A stretch of DNA of 64,000 bases from Haliotis rufescens (lineage: Eukaryota). The position numbers and the translations under genes were made by a program. Each line of letters starts with the position of its first letter. The stretch's first letter is position 1. The notes below the pieces were generated by a model. The model saw only the letters and a program-made list of their open reading frames with translations, searched no databases and was not told where the DNA came from. Positions 13,356-27,347 of this stretch are shown here, one piece after another. Location: NCBI RefSeq assembly GCF_023055435.1, contig NW_025963857.1:29078001-29142000 (forward strand), written 5' to 3'.

Positions 13356-14536
13356 GACATGTGTCCTCAGCAGTCATCTTGAAACTGACTGGCGACCTTT
13401 TAATTCTGTAACTTGCAAACACGATGACGTACTATTTGATAACTCAAATGCCTGTGCGATGATGAGCGTAATGTAGCCTTTAACGCTAAGAGTGTTATCC
13501 GTCGGTTGTAAATTTACGTTTACCACGATTGTGACGCATTTACACATGGACAGTTTGCCTAAGCAAATTCCATTACAATTAACGTTCACTAATTGATTTA
13601 TTGAGATCATCAGCAACTTATCGATGTAATTTCCATGACCTCGCTCGTATCACGCCATTTGTGCACTTCCGTAAAGTACAGTTTCATGTACACTACTGTT
13701 TTCGAAACAACACTTTTCCTTAATTCTTTTATGCTACACGGCAATGCGTGAGTAAGAAATCATGGAAGTAAACATTTGCATGCATTTTCCATGCATTCGT
13801 TGCGTTTGAGTAGATTCAACATGGACTATTCCAAATCACTCCTAATGCGAACCCTTATTGGATTCGAGGTGATGTAATGGATTCGATGGTCCGAGTTGGT
13901 GCTTTGGCTTTGGGTCGTTGGTCATAATACTGGATTGGCTGGGCCGTTAAACAATAAACGAACGAATATCCAGTTTAGTTTTGAAATTGAAAATATCAAC
14001 CTCCTCCCGCTAATTCATATCCCTCTCATTAATATTTCCTGTTCCTGAAACGCAACACTGGAGATCGAGTATCCATATCTTAGTCTTAGACGAGTAGCTT
14101 AATCAAATAATTAAAAAAGACAAAGGATAGTGTATTTCTGCCGCTTGTGTGATATCATAGAATTAGATATATTTAAGCAACGGCCTGTGCTCACATCATC
14201 TCTGAGCCACAATATATCGGTTAAAATGGTTGTGGTTTACTGCTAGCTCTGCTCAAGCATGGCTCGGACATTTGCAAGTTGGCAATAAACCTCAATTCAT
14301 TATTGAACACGGTGTGACGCCAATGACGCCAAAGACGCATGCCTAACGCCATGACGACGTACCCAATACGTTGTTAAATGTTTGTCATGTTTGTGATTCC
14401 AATCACTGGACAACATTTTAATCCTGCAGTTCTCAACCCCGATTGCACTCTGCCCATTCACTTAATCATCTGTGGATGATAGCCCTCTGTTATGTTAGAT
14501 GACAATCTCAATCTATCCCGCAACGTCTTACCTACA

Positions 14537-14539
<3 letters not shown>

Positions 14540-14605
<66 letters not shown>
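14540..14605. repeat. (TA)n microsatellite
   Basis: Seen directly in the sequence. Confidence 0.98.
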
Positions 14606-14608
<3 letters not shown>

Positions 14609-15454
14609 GAATTATGACTATTACGTGTTTCAGATGTATACCACGTACAAACGGTGTAAGGTAAGGCGTTAAGGGTAATATTGATATTGTCATCTGACAT
14701 AAACATGGTTATCAATATGTGTATTTATATACAGTATATACTTATTTTATATTATATTCATTTTTACAACAAAACAATTATTTTTTTAATACAAAGTGAC
14801 ATACATAGAATGATAGAAAACGAAATCAGTCATACAATGACATATGTTGTTATTAGGTTACCCCTTAAATTGCTTCATCTGCTGCTTTATATGCTTTTTA
14901 TATGGCCCAGTACTTGCGAACACATATATTGTTCTGGTACCAACTGTCCACGAGGCATAGGTGGTATCGGTAGACATTTCATTTCAAACTATGCACCGAG
15001 GTTCCAAGAGATATATGGACATAAAGAAGAGGTAATAAACGTTATGAACTATATAATAACCTTTAAAGGTTTATGTTTGGTCTAGGCTGATTAGTATACC
15101 TAGAATTTGTTGTCAGGGAATTAGCGAGGGACTCCACACCTTAAAACAACCAACAAAAGCATCTTTTAGTGGCCAGTCTTTATTCGGTGTATATCATCAA
15201 TCATTTACATATCACAATAAAACATAAGCAAAGTACAACCTAAAACAATTAAAATATTAAAATTATGAATGAAACAGTGACAGTATAAATCTTACTGACA
15301 ATGTATCGTACAATAAACAATTGCATTTTTAAACAAATGAAACGAAGACAATTTACATTTGGTTGAAAAAAAAATACATGTGATCTAGCGCAGTTAAGGA
15401 TTATGTATTGTAAGTAAATAAGATAACTCTTCGGAAAGACACGTACTACATGTG

Positions 15455-15710
15455 TAACCAATTACTAAAATAATCTCACATTATCTTTGATATTTATGAA
15501 GAACGTAAGGATAAGTATCACTTTAATACATCCAGCAGAAGATAACTTAAACCGAATAATAAGAATACACATATATTTATAAATATCTTACCAATTGCTA
15601 AAATAATCGTACATGATCTTTGATATTTATGAAGAACGTAATGATAAGCTTTACTTTAATCCAACCTTACAGAATATAACTTAAACCGAATAATAAGAAT
15701 ACACAAATAT
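15455..15710. repeat. ~135-bp tandem duplication
   Basis: The block accaatt.ctaaaataatc...ataacttaaaccgaataataagaatacaca occurs twice. Confidence 0.8.
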
Positions 15711-17750
15711 TAATATAAAATTTCAATCTTCTTGTTACATAATATGGCCACATGTTTTTATATCAAACTGCCGTTAAAAACCAAAAGTCATATGCCGAAC
15801 GGCATGTCATTGAATGTGTACAATGTATACATATAAAGACCTTAAGAATACTGAAAATATAGCAATACATGAGCAAATGAATAAAAGAACAAGTGTTATG
15901 TGCGCTCACGGGTTTTGCGTGTACAGTATGGTTACCTCGCTGCATAAGTAGGCTGTTTAAACATTAATTACATCCATGGTAGTTTGAATCATATGATTTG
16001 AACACACACAGTAATTTTTTAAAGGATACATTCATTTACATTTCATTGCAAAAATTCAAAAATATATAAGATTGACCACAGGTGCACAAGAATTACTTTG
16101 CTTTCACGAGCCCGATTATGTGTAACTTTAATTTGCTGAACCAATGTATGAACGTTATTATATTATATTTTACACTATTTTAATATACACACTATTGTTT
16201 TATTATGTCTAGTGCTACATGATCTAACCTAACTATAATAATAACTTCACTGGTTACCTTAATCAATAATGCCTAATTTAAAATGTTGATTATATTCAAA
16301 GGACCTAAGCACATAGAATGCAATAGAAAACAGAAAAAAAGGAATATAGTGAAAGAACATACAATATATATGAAGTGAACATGTCTTATCCTAAAACAAC
16401 CACGAGGAGCATCTATTAGTGGCCAGTCTTTCTTCGGTGTAACTGATCAGTGAGGTACCACGAATAAAGGCCGTTATTTATACCATCGTACTGATGTTTT
16501 TAGAGGTCATGATATGGTCGCATGTTCAATTATAACTAAGTTAAACAATACCTACACAATACCTATCTGAATTTAGAGATTACCTCGCAGTTTTGAAAGA
16601 CATGAGTATGCAGAAATGACTAAAATCACATAAAGAAGGTTTTCTCGGAGAGCTTGTTATCATGGAGTAATGTTTATTTCTCCCGCCAGACATTTAGTCT
16701 TAACGATTAGCACATAACGCTTAAAAAATGGATCTTGGGAATAAAGGCAACACCGACTGATTATAGACTTTGGGTGGAACACACATGTAGTCTTAGCGCT
16801 TAATACATAATGTTTATCAACTAAAACTTGTGAATGAAAGCCGGCGTATATCAACGTCATATATCATATGACGCATTTTTGAACTATGACAAGTGTATAC
16901 AGCTGAAATATTGCTGAATGCAGCGTTAAAAATAACAAAACAAACAACTCCCTCGTTAATTGATCTGTCCCGATAATATTTTCGGTTGTTTTTTTAAATA
17001 CAAAACAAACTCGAGATAGATCTTTCACATCCTAGTTTTAGACTGACAGTTTAGTCTAATAATGAAACAAATATAGACAATGTGAGGTACTGGCATCATT
17101 TATGTATTCGTTAGATAACAAAATCGAAGTCTGAGGGGAATACCTCTTCAAAATCCTTTTAAGGATATGTGTAAATGACTTGGGTTTAATGGTTCTTTGA
17201 TCGTGAACAGTATAGTAGTTCTATCAACGCCAGTGAGCCATGTCGCTCAAAAAAACAATTAAATAATGCAAAAGAGAAAGGGGTTCGTACCATTCGTAAT
17301 TTATTTATTCATAAGCTTATGCGATTATGTCCATTAGGCGTGCCACAACCCCGTGTTAAATCAGATCAAATCCCCGATTAGTACTAGTTATGGTTTTTGT
17401 TTCGTCAGCGCTGAACACGTTCATGGGCAACAAACTGCCAAACGACCTGTATCGCTTAGGGCGTTCCTCCTATTTGAAGCTGATATGCTGTGACATTGCG
17501 GTAATACTACTCAAAGAAGCGTTATACCAAACTCACTCCTTCACTCGCGTACATGGAACTGCGTATACATCGATGACAGCCAAATTGCAACAATTACATA
17601 AATATATCGATATCAGGTTGCGAGCGTGCTTCGACCGCGTCAATCATTACTGTTACGATCAACTTTATATTACAATCCCTTATTGATAGGCAGGTTTTGC
17701 ATACAGTTGTTTTCATCTTCCACCAGTCAATTATATGATTCATTAATCTA

Positions 17751-18760
17751 CTATTCAACTCTAAATACCTTCAGACACTGATTGCTGATGGTATACAGCA
17801 GATCTTGTTCATCTAGGGAGATACCGCGAGGATTCTCTGTGCCATCATTTGTGAAAACATCTCTGACAAACTGCCCCGATTCTTGAATCACCTTGTGGGC
17901 GCTGCTGTCAACATACATGATTTCTCCTGAGCTGAGTTTTGTCTCCTGTGGGAGCGTAGGAGTTTTGTCTTAACTGGTCACATGAACAATGTTGCTGCCC
18001 TTCCCTGACTATCACATTGGTACTTCTCGTAACATGAATGTAAAATTGCTTCCTTGCCACACCTGTGTAAGTAGTGTCACTTTTATCTCCATTATGTCAA
18101 CAGGAGTCAAACATGGTCTGTCACAGTCTATCTTGCAACATCACACACGTGACTTAATAACTCTGACACAGTAAACTTTTTGCAAGGGAGGAGACCTCCT
18201 ATAACTTAGCTCTTCAATTTGTCTGTCACGTGTCAAGAGAGCGCTGGATGATACTGGTCTCTTGTCCTCACTGTCTTCATCTGTGGACGCCACATCAATA
18301 AACTTATTACATACCTAACATGTAACACAGTGCCCGAACATTAATACACAACATATACACAGTAAACGACAAATACACAATGAGGATAATACCTGTACCA
18401 CGACACTGTACCAGATCATTTAGTACACAACATATATACAATGAAACGATAAATACACGGCGGGAAGTTAAATTATGGAAAGGGAATTAATGGTTGGGTA
18501 ACATTTGGCTGATTGACAAAGAAGCACAGCCACAAAACAAACTACAGTTGACACGTCTTCCGGTTTTCAACACAAATAACTTAAACGTATAGAACATTTA
18601 AGAAAAAGGTCGAAGTATCACAATGTGACATTAAGTCTGCTATGACGCGTCATGGTGTCAATGGTTAGCACGTTTTGATACTACGACACACAGTGTAAAT
18701 TCCCATCTTGTAATCTTTACAAAAAAGTTTTATCTTCTCATCTTCATGAAATCTGATGTG
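17751..18760 (-). pseudogene. Heavily deleted TRIM-NHL relic
   Basis: Fragments: HEDEKIKLFCKD (~18705-18755), DVASTDEDSEDKRPV (~18250-18297), and ESGQFVRDVFTNDGTENPRGISLDEQDLLY...KVFRVE* (17751-17885). Confidence 0.75.
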
Positions 18761-18908
18761 CACAGAAAGTGACTCAATTAAATATTTAACGTCTTATTCG
18801 TTATACTCCAGAGAAGTAAAATGTAGAATAGTAAAAGGCACCAGTTTAGCAGATGCCTAACGTAGTAAAGTTGTGATGTAGATTCTAACAGCTCTGTCAA
18901 GCAGGTGA

Positions 18909-20220
18909 TCACCTTTTAAACAAAAAGGAAAAATTAAATATGCCCGAACGAGTCTTAACATCACCAAGGTTTAGGTTATTCAGTCTAAAAAATATTTCCT
19001 CATTCTGGCTGAATGAGATCCTGTGTCGGGTCGGTCTCTTTACATCCTTTTTCAATATTTTAATTTGATCTGTAGATGTAATATCTGCTTGCTTATATAG
19101 GGCATACATATCTTCATCGCAGTCTGATGTAACAGCATTGGTTGTGATCTTTATCTGTTGTTGGTACATCTGAAGGTCAATCTCCTCTGATTGGATGAAC
19201 CTTTTCCAGTTTTGAACATTGTCCTCCTCGAATATGTCAACCTGGTCGAGTAGGAGTTGTTCTTTCCTCATAAGATAATCCACAGCTTCCCTGCGAACTT
19301 TTTGAATTTCACATCTAACAGAACTAGCATTTTCCGTTATCTTTTTAATTGAAGATTCTGCAGATGAAATATTGTCAGTTTTGTGTTTCATTTTGTCCTT
19401 CAGCTTCATTGTTTCTTTGGTCATGTGTTCTTTCACTAGTGTGGCCATACTATCTATGGTAACAACATCATCACATTTCCTGTGGTTTATGCTGCAGCAT
19501 AAAGTACAAATTGGAATAGTACAGTCTTTACAAAAGAGCTCTATCTGTTTGTCTCTGTGGATTTTACACATGAAAAGTCGTTTGCATTTTCCTTGGACCT
19601 TCTTAGATAAATCTACCACTTCGTGATCACTAGACAATGACATATTCCTGTGTACCTTGAGGCATCTTTCACAGAAGCTGTCAGAACAAGTGGCACACCA
19701 GGACGTAGCAGGAGTAATCTCCCCTTCTCTTTTGCAAACCATGCAGCAATCAATACCTATATAGCACAAAATGAATATCTGAAAGTACTGTAATAACGTC
19801 TCCGAGAGAAAGAGTAATATATACCAATGCTTTTCAAACCCTTTCCTTCATTAGGTCAAACGTTACAATGTAGGTATATTAGAGATAATTGCAATGAAAA
19901 GGATATAAAGAATCCTACGGTAGCATACCTCGGGCCTCTTCTCCAAAGTCGTCCATTAGCCCCTGTATGACGTGGCTTGCTTTCAGCTGACTGATCCATT
20001 CCTCTACTGGACTATCAGGGATGGCAACCTTCGTCAGTTGTCTACAGGAGGGACATCGGATGGACTTAGCTTGCGTTGCTTCAGCCTGTGTTTTGGTGTA
20101 TTTCAGAAGACAGCACTTACAGAATGTATGATTACACTGAAGTGTGGCAGGGTCTCTGAACACCTCCGTGCAAATGCCACAGGTGAGGTGGTTGTCTGTC
20201 AGCTTCTTAGCTGTGGCCAT
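18909..20220 (-). CDS. TRIM copy B: RING-Bbox1-Bbox2-coiled coil without C-terminal propeller, ~379 aa (exons 20220-19929, 19756-18909)
   Basis: Intact RING exon (CGIC..CNHTFCKCC..CPSC). Donor CGAG|GTATGC and acceptor tatag|GT join in frame (172-nt intron). B-boxes and coiled coil are intact but divergent from C/D/E. The ORF stops just after the LGDVK motif that precedes the propeller in paralogs. Confidence 0.8.
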
Positions 20221-20699
20221 TTCTGATGGAAATAAATTAACTGATTAAGCTATAACTTCAATACAAGTTTGTTCAAAAAACATTTTTGTTGGGGCATAAG
20301 CCCTAGTTCTGTTATTTTTAATATTGTCTCCATCATTTATTACTTTAATAGTCACCCCTTCCAAAAGGTAATGCTTGCTGACATCATAATTACCTTAAAC
20401 AATACAGCAAATAAATCAAATCAATTTAATTCCTATTTCAATCTTGATCGATGAACTTAATGTGATATTAACATGGCATCTCACAGATTTGTGTTGTATG
20501 CAATGGTTTACTTTGTCTTGGCCATTGTATCAGCTTTGTTCTCATTTCAAAAGAAAGCTAGCAGCCGGTTACAGTTACACTGACATATTTGGAAGGTATG
20601 ACTTTCCATATGTTACTTTTCTCCCTGAATATCACTGTCTTATAATATAACATGTTACATATCATTATTAACGCTCATCTACACATTTCACAGAATCAT

Positions 20700-21260
20700 T
20701 AATGAACGTTTCGTGAAGTGATCCTATGATCTTGGCTGTACATTAAATATCAATTTCGTTGCCCAAGGATCCTTCGAGGCCAGTGATGAAAACTGGTATT
20801 CAATGCATAATGCTACTTTATACTCAAGGAACGGGTAGGTCTACCATAGTTGTAATTTTCAAACACAGCAACAAAAGAGAAGGTTCCGTTTTCCGGATAC
20901 CTTCCCCCAAAATTGTCAAAATATGTGGGGTGCATCTTGTTCAAATAAGTATTATAAGAATTATTTGAATCCGAAAGGTTTCCGGAATGTATCTGGGAGC
21001 AAATTGTCTTCCTGTTTTGTTTCTAGTTAATAATGTTAACCTGGGCATATCAGATAGCTGTTGTAATATTCTGTGACATTTTAGTTTTAAGTGTACCACT
21101 AGGCTACAGACGCGCCGATAAATCACAATGCTTTTAAAGAATGTCTTTTTCAGGTAAATGGATTATAAATATCAAAACCTTTTGCTTGGTAGTAGTAACA
21201 TATTTTAAGGGGATTTATTTGCTATAAATACATATTTTGATGATTATCTGGTTCTCTTAG
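20700..21260 (-). mobile_element. Old LINE C-terminal relic
   Basis: Degenerate NTYLNKMHP...GEG..KTE..LL.C pattern resembling the Cys/His tail of non-LTR ORF2. Confidence 0.3.
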
Positions 21261-23089
21261 ATACCCCTATACACACCTCCGTGTCATTTCAGTTCCGTGC
21301 CACATACCTTTATTACATTAACAATTGATAACTGAACAAGAAAACATAGGTTGCTAGAAAAAAATTGATTCCTCAAAATTTATTCACAACATTGAGATGA
21401 CGGTATACCACAAATCATCAACGAAAATATTTATAAGATTCGAACGAATAACATTGTATTTCGAAATTTGTAAAGGAAATCTCTCGATGAAAGCTATCGT
21501 TTACTGATTGGAAATTGTAATGTAATAAATATTTTGGGTGGTAAATTACCCTAATGACGTACATATATTCAGGTTTATAGGAATGTCACTCCCACATAAT
21601 TACATTTATGTTATATCCAGCGCATACTTTGTACTCAGCTACATCTCTTTACAGTAGTTGATGAGATTGTATATCTTCTTTTTTTCTGAACGAGCTTTGA
21701 ATATTAAAGCTTGTTAGTTGTATAACGCGACACTAAGCAATGTTCCACCTCGATGACGCGGGTAGAGTTATCCTTCTTGTTTGAAACAGTTCTCGTGTTC
21801 ATACGCCAATATGAACCTTCGAGAGGGGCACGATTCTATATTCGGCATAACTCTAATATGCATATGCATAACTCACAAATACGTGATATATACAAACTTA
21901 TTGATACGTTGTTTTAGGAAGACAATTCACATATCACACATAGTTCAGCCAGAGACCATAAAACAGATCGAACATCCCCCCAGCCGCGAAACCGTCAGCG
22001 CTACGGCTTGTACTGCGCATCACAGCGGAAACGCGTTCACTGCGGTCATCGTTATCGTCATTTTTTTCTATGCTAAAGGATATATTTTAAAATATATATA
22101 TACGCTCATGTACTTCTAATCATTGTCAACATTACAACTGATACTTGTTGGTGCTCTGAAGCATATCGTTGTCATTGTATTCGATGAATGTGTTCACGCT
22201 TTGTCTTAGTCCGAGTGAGCAATAAAGGCGCACATGTAAAATCGTCAAAAGTGCAGACTGTGCTTTTCTATAACTGCCACTAATGCTCAGTGAACGTCCT
22301 TGGTTACCGAGGTGTATAAAAAGAAGATGTGTTAATAATTAGTTTAGTGCCATTAACAAATGGGGCGGTCGCGAAATTTCTGATTTTGACTCCAGAAATG
22401 CAACTAATTCTGAATGTTTCTGAAATTATTTCCCCATGCATTAAGGCGAATGTTTTTCTATTATCGGTCCTGAAATAAATATTTTTACATTCAGTCAGAT
22501 TTACCCTTTTGCTTGGTACCAAAAATATTTAGGTGTTATTATTTATGATTTCAGTCATATATCTATAGTTAAATTACCATATCGAAGACGACATAATATG
22601 CATTTTGTCCGTGATTGTGATCCGAATATATCTTTTGAAACATTCTACAAAGTTTCTAATTTTTATTGATATCGGAATTACAGTTTTGAAGATCTGTTTT
22701 TATTTTATTTTTACCATTGTATTCATCATCTCTTTGTAAGTTTAACATACCTATCAACTTTGTTTCAGTTAGGTTTCTATCACATGGCGCACTGAAGAAA
22801 ACTGTACATATTTAGACGATCATTATATATGTTATTTTCTGTAGATTTTTTCTTTATTAATCATGGCTACAATTAATTTATTTTTTTATACCGTGTTAAT
22901 ATAAATTATAAGCTATATGATGTGGGTCTAAACACAATCATGATCAAAGTACTACTGACTTTGTGTATTTGGTAACAGTAGGCTGTCGGGGTGTTACATA
23001 CCAGACCGTAGCTGATGGTTTGTGATAAACTGCTTCTTTATGGTCTCTGCTTCAACCTGCTGGACGGGGTTTTTGCAGCTACTTTCGTT

Positions 23090-23400
23090 ATCGAAGGGCA
23101 ATTTACCTCAAGTCGACCATATCTCAAATCTATGAGTGTATTAACTTTTAAGTGTTGGGTAGACTGATTGCGAAAACAGAAGAATCAAGTTATTTTTCAA
23201 CAGTGACCTAGTGTTTTACCTTTACAGATACTGCAACATGGACGAGCACCCGAGGTAGACAACGTCTTACTTCCCTGTTGTCGCCTCCCTGTATTGATGA
23301 TCACGTGACATGATCAAGCCGTCGGGGAGAATGCATGTGATCACGTGATACGCGTACACTGTGACACAGTTTCTCAGATCTATTGTGAGCTATCACATTG
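23090..23400 (-). promoter_or_regulatory. Same upstream module, nearest to copy B
   Basis: TCACGTGA at 23301 and 23341; donor AAG|GTAAAA at ~23219. Confidence 0.5.
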
Positions 23401-24065
23401 ACAGAGGATATGTAGTGAAACACGTTGTGAATTATAACTAGTACACTGCTCCCACTGCAGCTCATATGTGAAGTTCGTTCTGAGCCATGTTCAGATAGTA
23501 TGTATGAAATATACATTACACAGAAGAACGAATCATGTAAAGTCAAATTTATTCTGCAGTGACCCATTGTATCACACAATGAAATCGTTTCCTGCTGAAA
23601 TACATAAACCGACAGACCGACATAAGGTGTTGATATATCTGTGTGTTTTGTATGGTCAGAGTGAAACTGGAAATCGCTAGTGATACAGCATGGTCGTTTT
23701 TGCTTAAAAGAACCTCAAAATGCAATGTGCATACAATACAGAATGTTATCCTCCAGTCTTTTGATATCAAATATTTCAACACTCGATGAGTGCTGTATTT
23801 TATATATATTACCCATTGTAATTTTAATACAGCAAAATGAAGGGAAAGATATGAAATGTTAACCCCAAACAAAAATTAATTTCACTGAAGTCTGCCTGTT
23901 GTTCAAATGTCGTATGTCATGTCATATTGTACATTAAGTTGTTTTCAACAGTGGATCAACAGGAACTTTTTTTCAACACTGGATTCACTGGAACCTTTGT
24001 TGCTGAGTATATATTTTGTATGTATACTAACCATAGTTGCTGAATGTATAAATGTTTCATAATTT

Positions 24066-24335
24066 TCCACCTGGCAATCCCCCCAAATCGTCTGACTAAG
24101 ATATGGCTTCAATACGAGTGTTTAAAATGAAAACAAATGTGATGGGACTTGGTATCTCCCATGCTCTATTCTCTATTTCACACGCTGTTTTCAAGTTAAC
24201 TGTGACGTCAAAAGTCATGATACTCCATGACTTACGTTTTAGGCTTGCTGTGATCTTAATAGATGTTTTCAACGATCACTATACTATTTTGGTCTACCAT
24301 ATCCAGTGGTTATCCCGAGACAGATCAACAATAAG
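24066..24335 (-). pseudogene. TRIM relic with almost the whole RING exon deleted
   Basis: The exon-1 3' end (GACGATTTGGGGGGATTGCCAG|GT) is fused directly to the upstream-intron sequence (tgactaagatatggcttcaatacgag) found before the ATG of paralogs. Confidence 0.5.
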
Positions 24336-24354
24336 TCCACGGTTATCGTTATCG

Positions 24355-24600
24355 TAGTGCAATTTACATTGATGTCGACGATATCTTAAATCCATGAGTT
24401 GTTTCAACACGATTCGGTGTTGGGTAGAATATATGCGAAAAGAAAAGATTCAAGTTATAGTTCATCAATGATCTTGTATTTTGCCTTTACAAATGGACGA
24501 GCATTCACTACCTGGTTGTTGCCTCCCTACACTGATGATCACGTGACACAAAATTGCTCGGTGTAAATGTAACCGATCACGTGACGCACGATACTCACGC
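24355..24600 (-). promoter_or_regulatory. Upstream module of the 24.1-kb relic
   Basis: TCACGTGA at 24539 and 24577. Confidence 0.45.
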
Positions 24601-25779
24601 GTGCAGATATATATAATTGTTAGGGTTTATTTTGAAGAAACAAAACTGGAATAAGACGTCCAATGCTTCCTCTGCACCTCACACGTAAAGTACATTATGC
24701 GCCATGTTCAGATGATATGTATGAACAACACAATGCACAGTACAATAAATCATGTCAAATTCAAATTCTATTTGCAATGCTCCATTTCATAACACATGCA
24801 AAGTACTCGTTCCCTGCTGAAATACATAGACTACAAACTTTACATAACACAGTTTAGACAGGACTTGTGACCATAGCTCTGTATATGTTTAACCTATGTT
24901 GAACTAAATATATAATTGACAAATAGACACTGATCTTTACTTAACTTCTAATATTTAGGAACATCGCCTTTTTAAGAATAGTGCTTGAACGTTGAATTAA
25001 TTGTAAATGAAACAAATCTTCCTCCTACGTTTTAGTGGTATCTAAATCACAGTCAAACACAGAACAACAAATGCAAAAGCTGACGCTTGAGCTGAGAGAA
25101 AAGACATAAATTTAAGTAATAGACAAACTTTAACGGGGCCCTTTAAAGTGAGACCGACGGTAGGTGTTGATATATCTGTCTGTGAGTGGAGCCGACACTG
25201 AAACTAATTAACTGATACTGCCGTGTTCGTAAAACAGAACTTATGAATGCAATGTCTAAAAACTAGACAATCCTTTCCTCTTGTCTTTTAAAGGCTGTCA
25301 TGCGATCAACAGTAATATTTAGTATGTTTGGTTAAACGGTACAGCTAATCAGTTATAGTGACAGAGAGATTAGAGTGTCATATGAGTGTGATGTCATGGT
25401 AACCAATGACGCCTCAGTGGTCTGCAAGATATCAAAAGCTGCAATTTCATTGTAGCCATATTTCCTAGGCAGATATCACCTGATCTCCACAGTGATTCGC
25501 TCTATGATAATATGAGAATGCAACTGTCACGGTCTCCATCTCATATATTTACCAAGTGATTCACTGTATCTAATGTAACTGTCACTCTCTCATCTCATAC
25601 ACATCATCCCTGGAGTGTTACTATTACTGAAGCTGACACTCTCACAAATAATTACTATTACCTCCAGTGATACACCATGTGGTAAAATAACTGTAAGCAT
25701 TAAAATCACATACTTTCCCCAGTGTATTTTCAAATACCCCCAAAATCAGCCTAAATATCACGCGACTTGGTGAGGTGAG

Positions 25780-25855
25780 GTTAATGTCTTCCAACTTCTC
25801 AGCAGTCGCCATGTCTAACGAGAAGAAATCATAACATCAAGCTTTGGCTTCAGTG
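25780..25855 (-). pseudogene. TRIM start-codon relic (MATAEKLEDIN)
   Basis: ATG at ~25812 gives MATAEKL, preceded by the family's acceptor/intron-like sequence (aagctttggcttca). Confidence 0.45.
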
Positions 25856-26139
25856 AGAGAGTGAGGGGCGTGGAGGGAAGAAAGATTCCGGGACATGTAC
25901 GTGTTCAACTCTACTGTTCCCTTTACATAATGAAGTAGTAAGAATGGCAACACGGGAGATTTAATTGTATCTAATGGCCCGGTGTTGCCTGTCATTACTC
26001 GTGTAAGTAGAAGACTGTGTTCATTGTATCATCATTGTTCCTCACAGTGACTTGTAGTTTCAATGGCATACAAACAGATAACATTTTGCAGATAGTATGG
26101 CCCGATAAAGGTTTATAAACGTTACAGTTAATATTACTT

Positions 26140-26299
26140 GTGAGTGAGTGAGTGAGTGTTTTTTACGCCGCTTTTAGCAATATTCCAGCAATATCACGGC
26201 GGGGGACACCAGAAATGGGCTTCACACATTGTACCCATGTCAGGAATCGAACCCGGGTCTTCGGCGAACGCTTTAACCACTAGGCTACCCGACCGCCCC
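26140..26299 (-). mobile_element. SINE family 1
   Basis: Reverse complement of 37820-37985 with a (CACT)n tail. Confidence 0.9.
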
Positions 26300-26419
26300 T
26301 CATATCACTAAAATATATTAATACTAACCTGAATGTGAAACAAACTTTTAACATTTGATACCCCTTTTCCTCACATTGTACATATCACCATTTGAATGTG
26401 AGTCTCACAATCATCACGT

Positions 26420-26640
26420 AACCCGCGGACATTCTAAGTTAAAATGGGTCCCCAGCAGCCTAAAAGGTTGTTTGAAAGAGGTGGGTAATTAGATGCCATC
26501 GTATCCCAATTGCGTAGATCGATGCTCATGATGTCAATCGCTGTATTGTCTGGTCCAGACGCGATTATTTATAAACCGACGTAATATTACTGGGCGCTGG
26601 GCGCCACGTTAAACGACAACGACAACAAACAAACAAAACA
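26420..26640 (+). mobile_element. SINE-like repeat family 4
   Basis: Core and (AAAC)n tail. Confidence 0.7.
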
Positions 26641-26866
26641 GCAGTGTAACTGCTTGGAGTTATGCAATATGACATGGCGAAATACCGATAAAGGGACATA
26701 ACTCTGATAACCCTATGCCAATGGTTGCAGCACTGTAAACAATACACCTCCCACTTCGTATGAACTACACATTACACAGTACAATAAATAAATAAATTCT
26801 ATTTGCAATGCTCCATTTTATAACACATGCAAAATTCTCGTTTCCTGCTGAAATACATTGACTACA

Positions 26867-27347
26867 GGCAGACAGACAAATTTATTCGGTACTTCAGGCC
26901 ACCGGCCCATAATACAATGGAAATATACTGTATATATATTTGCATGCTGAGTAGATATAATAATGAGTTACCGTTCCACACTGTGTTTCCTTTCGATATT
27001 CATGACTTGGGAGAGAAATTTACCTAAGCCTTTTATAGTTTGTTCGTTTTCAGCTGACATCAGTCTTATAAAATTCTCAATAGAGGGAGGGGTAACGAGA
27101 CGCTTGGGAAAAGAGTTTCTTCTTCCTCTAGAATACTGGTCACAAATCATAAGAACATGGAATTCATCTTCTACATGGTTATGTCCCTTTGAAAAACAGA
27201 AAGTGCAGACACGTTCATTGTATGGGATGTTGTTGTGAAGCCCCAGTTCGACAGCAAGTCTGAAATTATTACATCGGAACATGGCTATAAGTCTACGGTG
27301 GTAAGAAGACATATCACAAGTAATTTATGATTCCACATTTAGTAATG
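26867..27347 (-). mobile_element. 5'-truncated LINE 3' end (RTEX/L2-like Cys motif) with 10-bp TSD
   Basis: FRC...LAVELG..NIPYNERVCTFC...VEDEFHVLMIC, AATAAA and a (TGTC)n tail. TSD attgactaca at 26857-26866 and 27348-27357; empty paralogous site at ~24825. Confidence 0.85.

Noticed and set aside
24430-24450. ISRE/IRF site (GAAAAGAAAAG) in the upstream module
   Set aside because: It does not fit GAAANNGAAA consistently across module copies.
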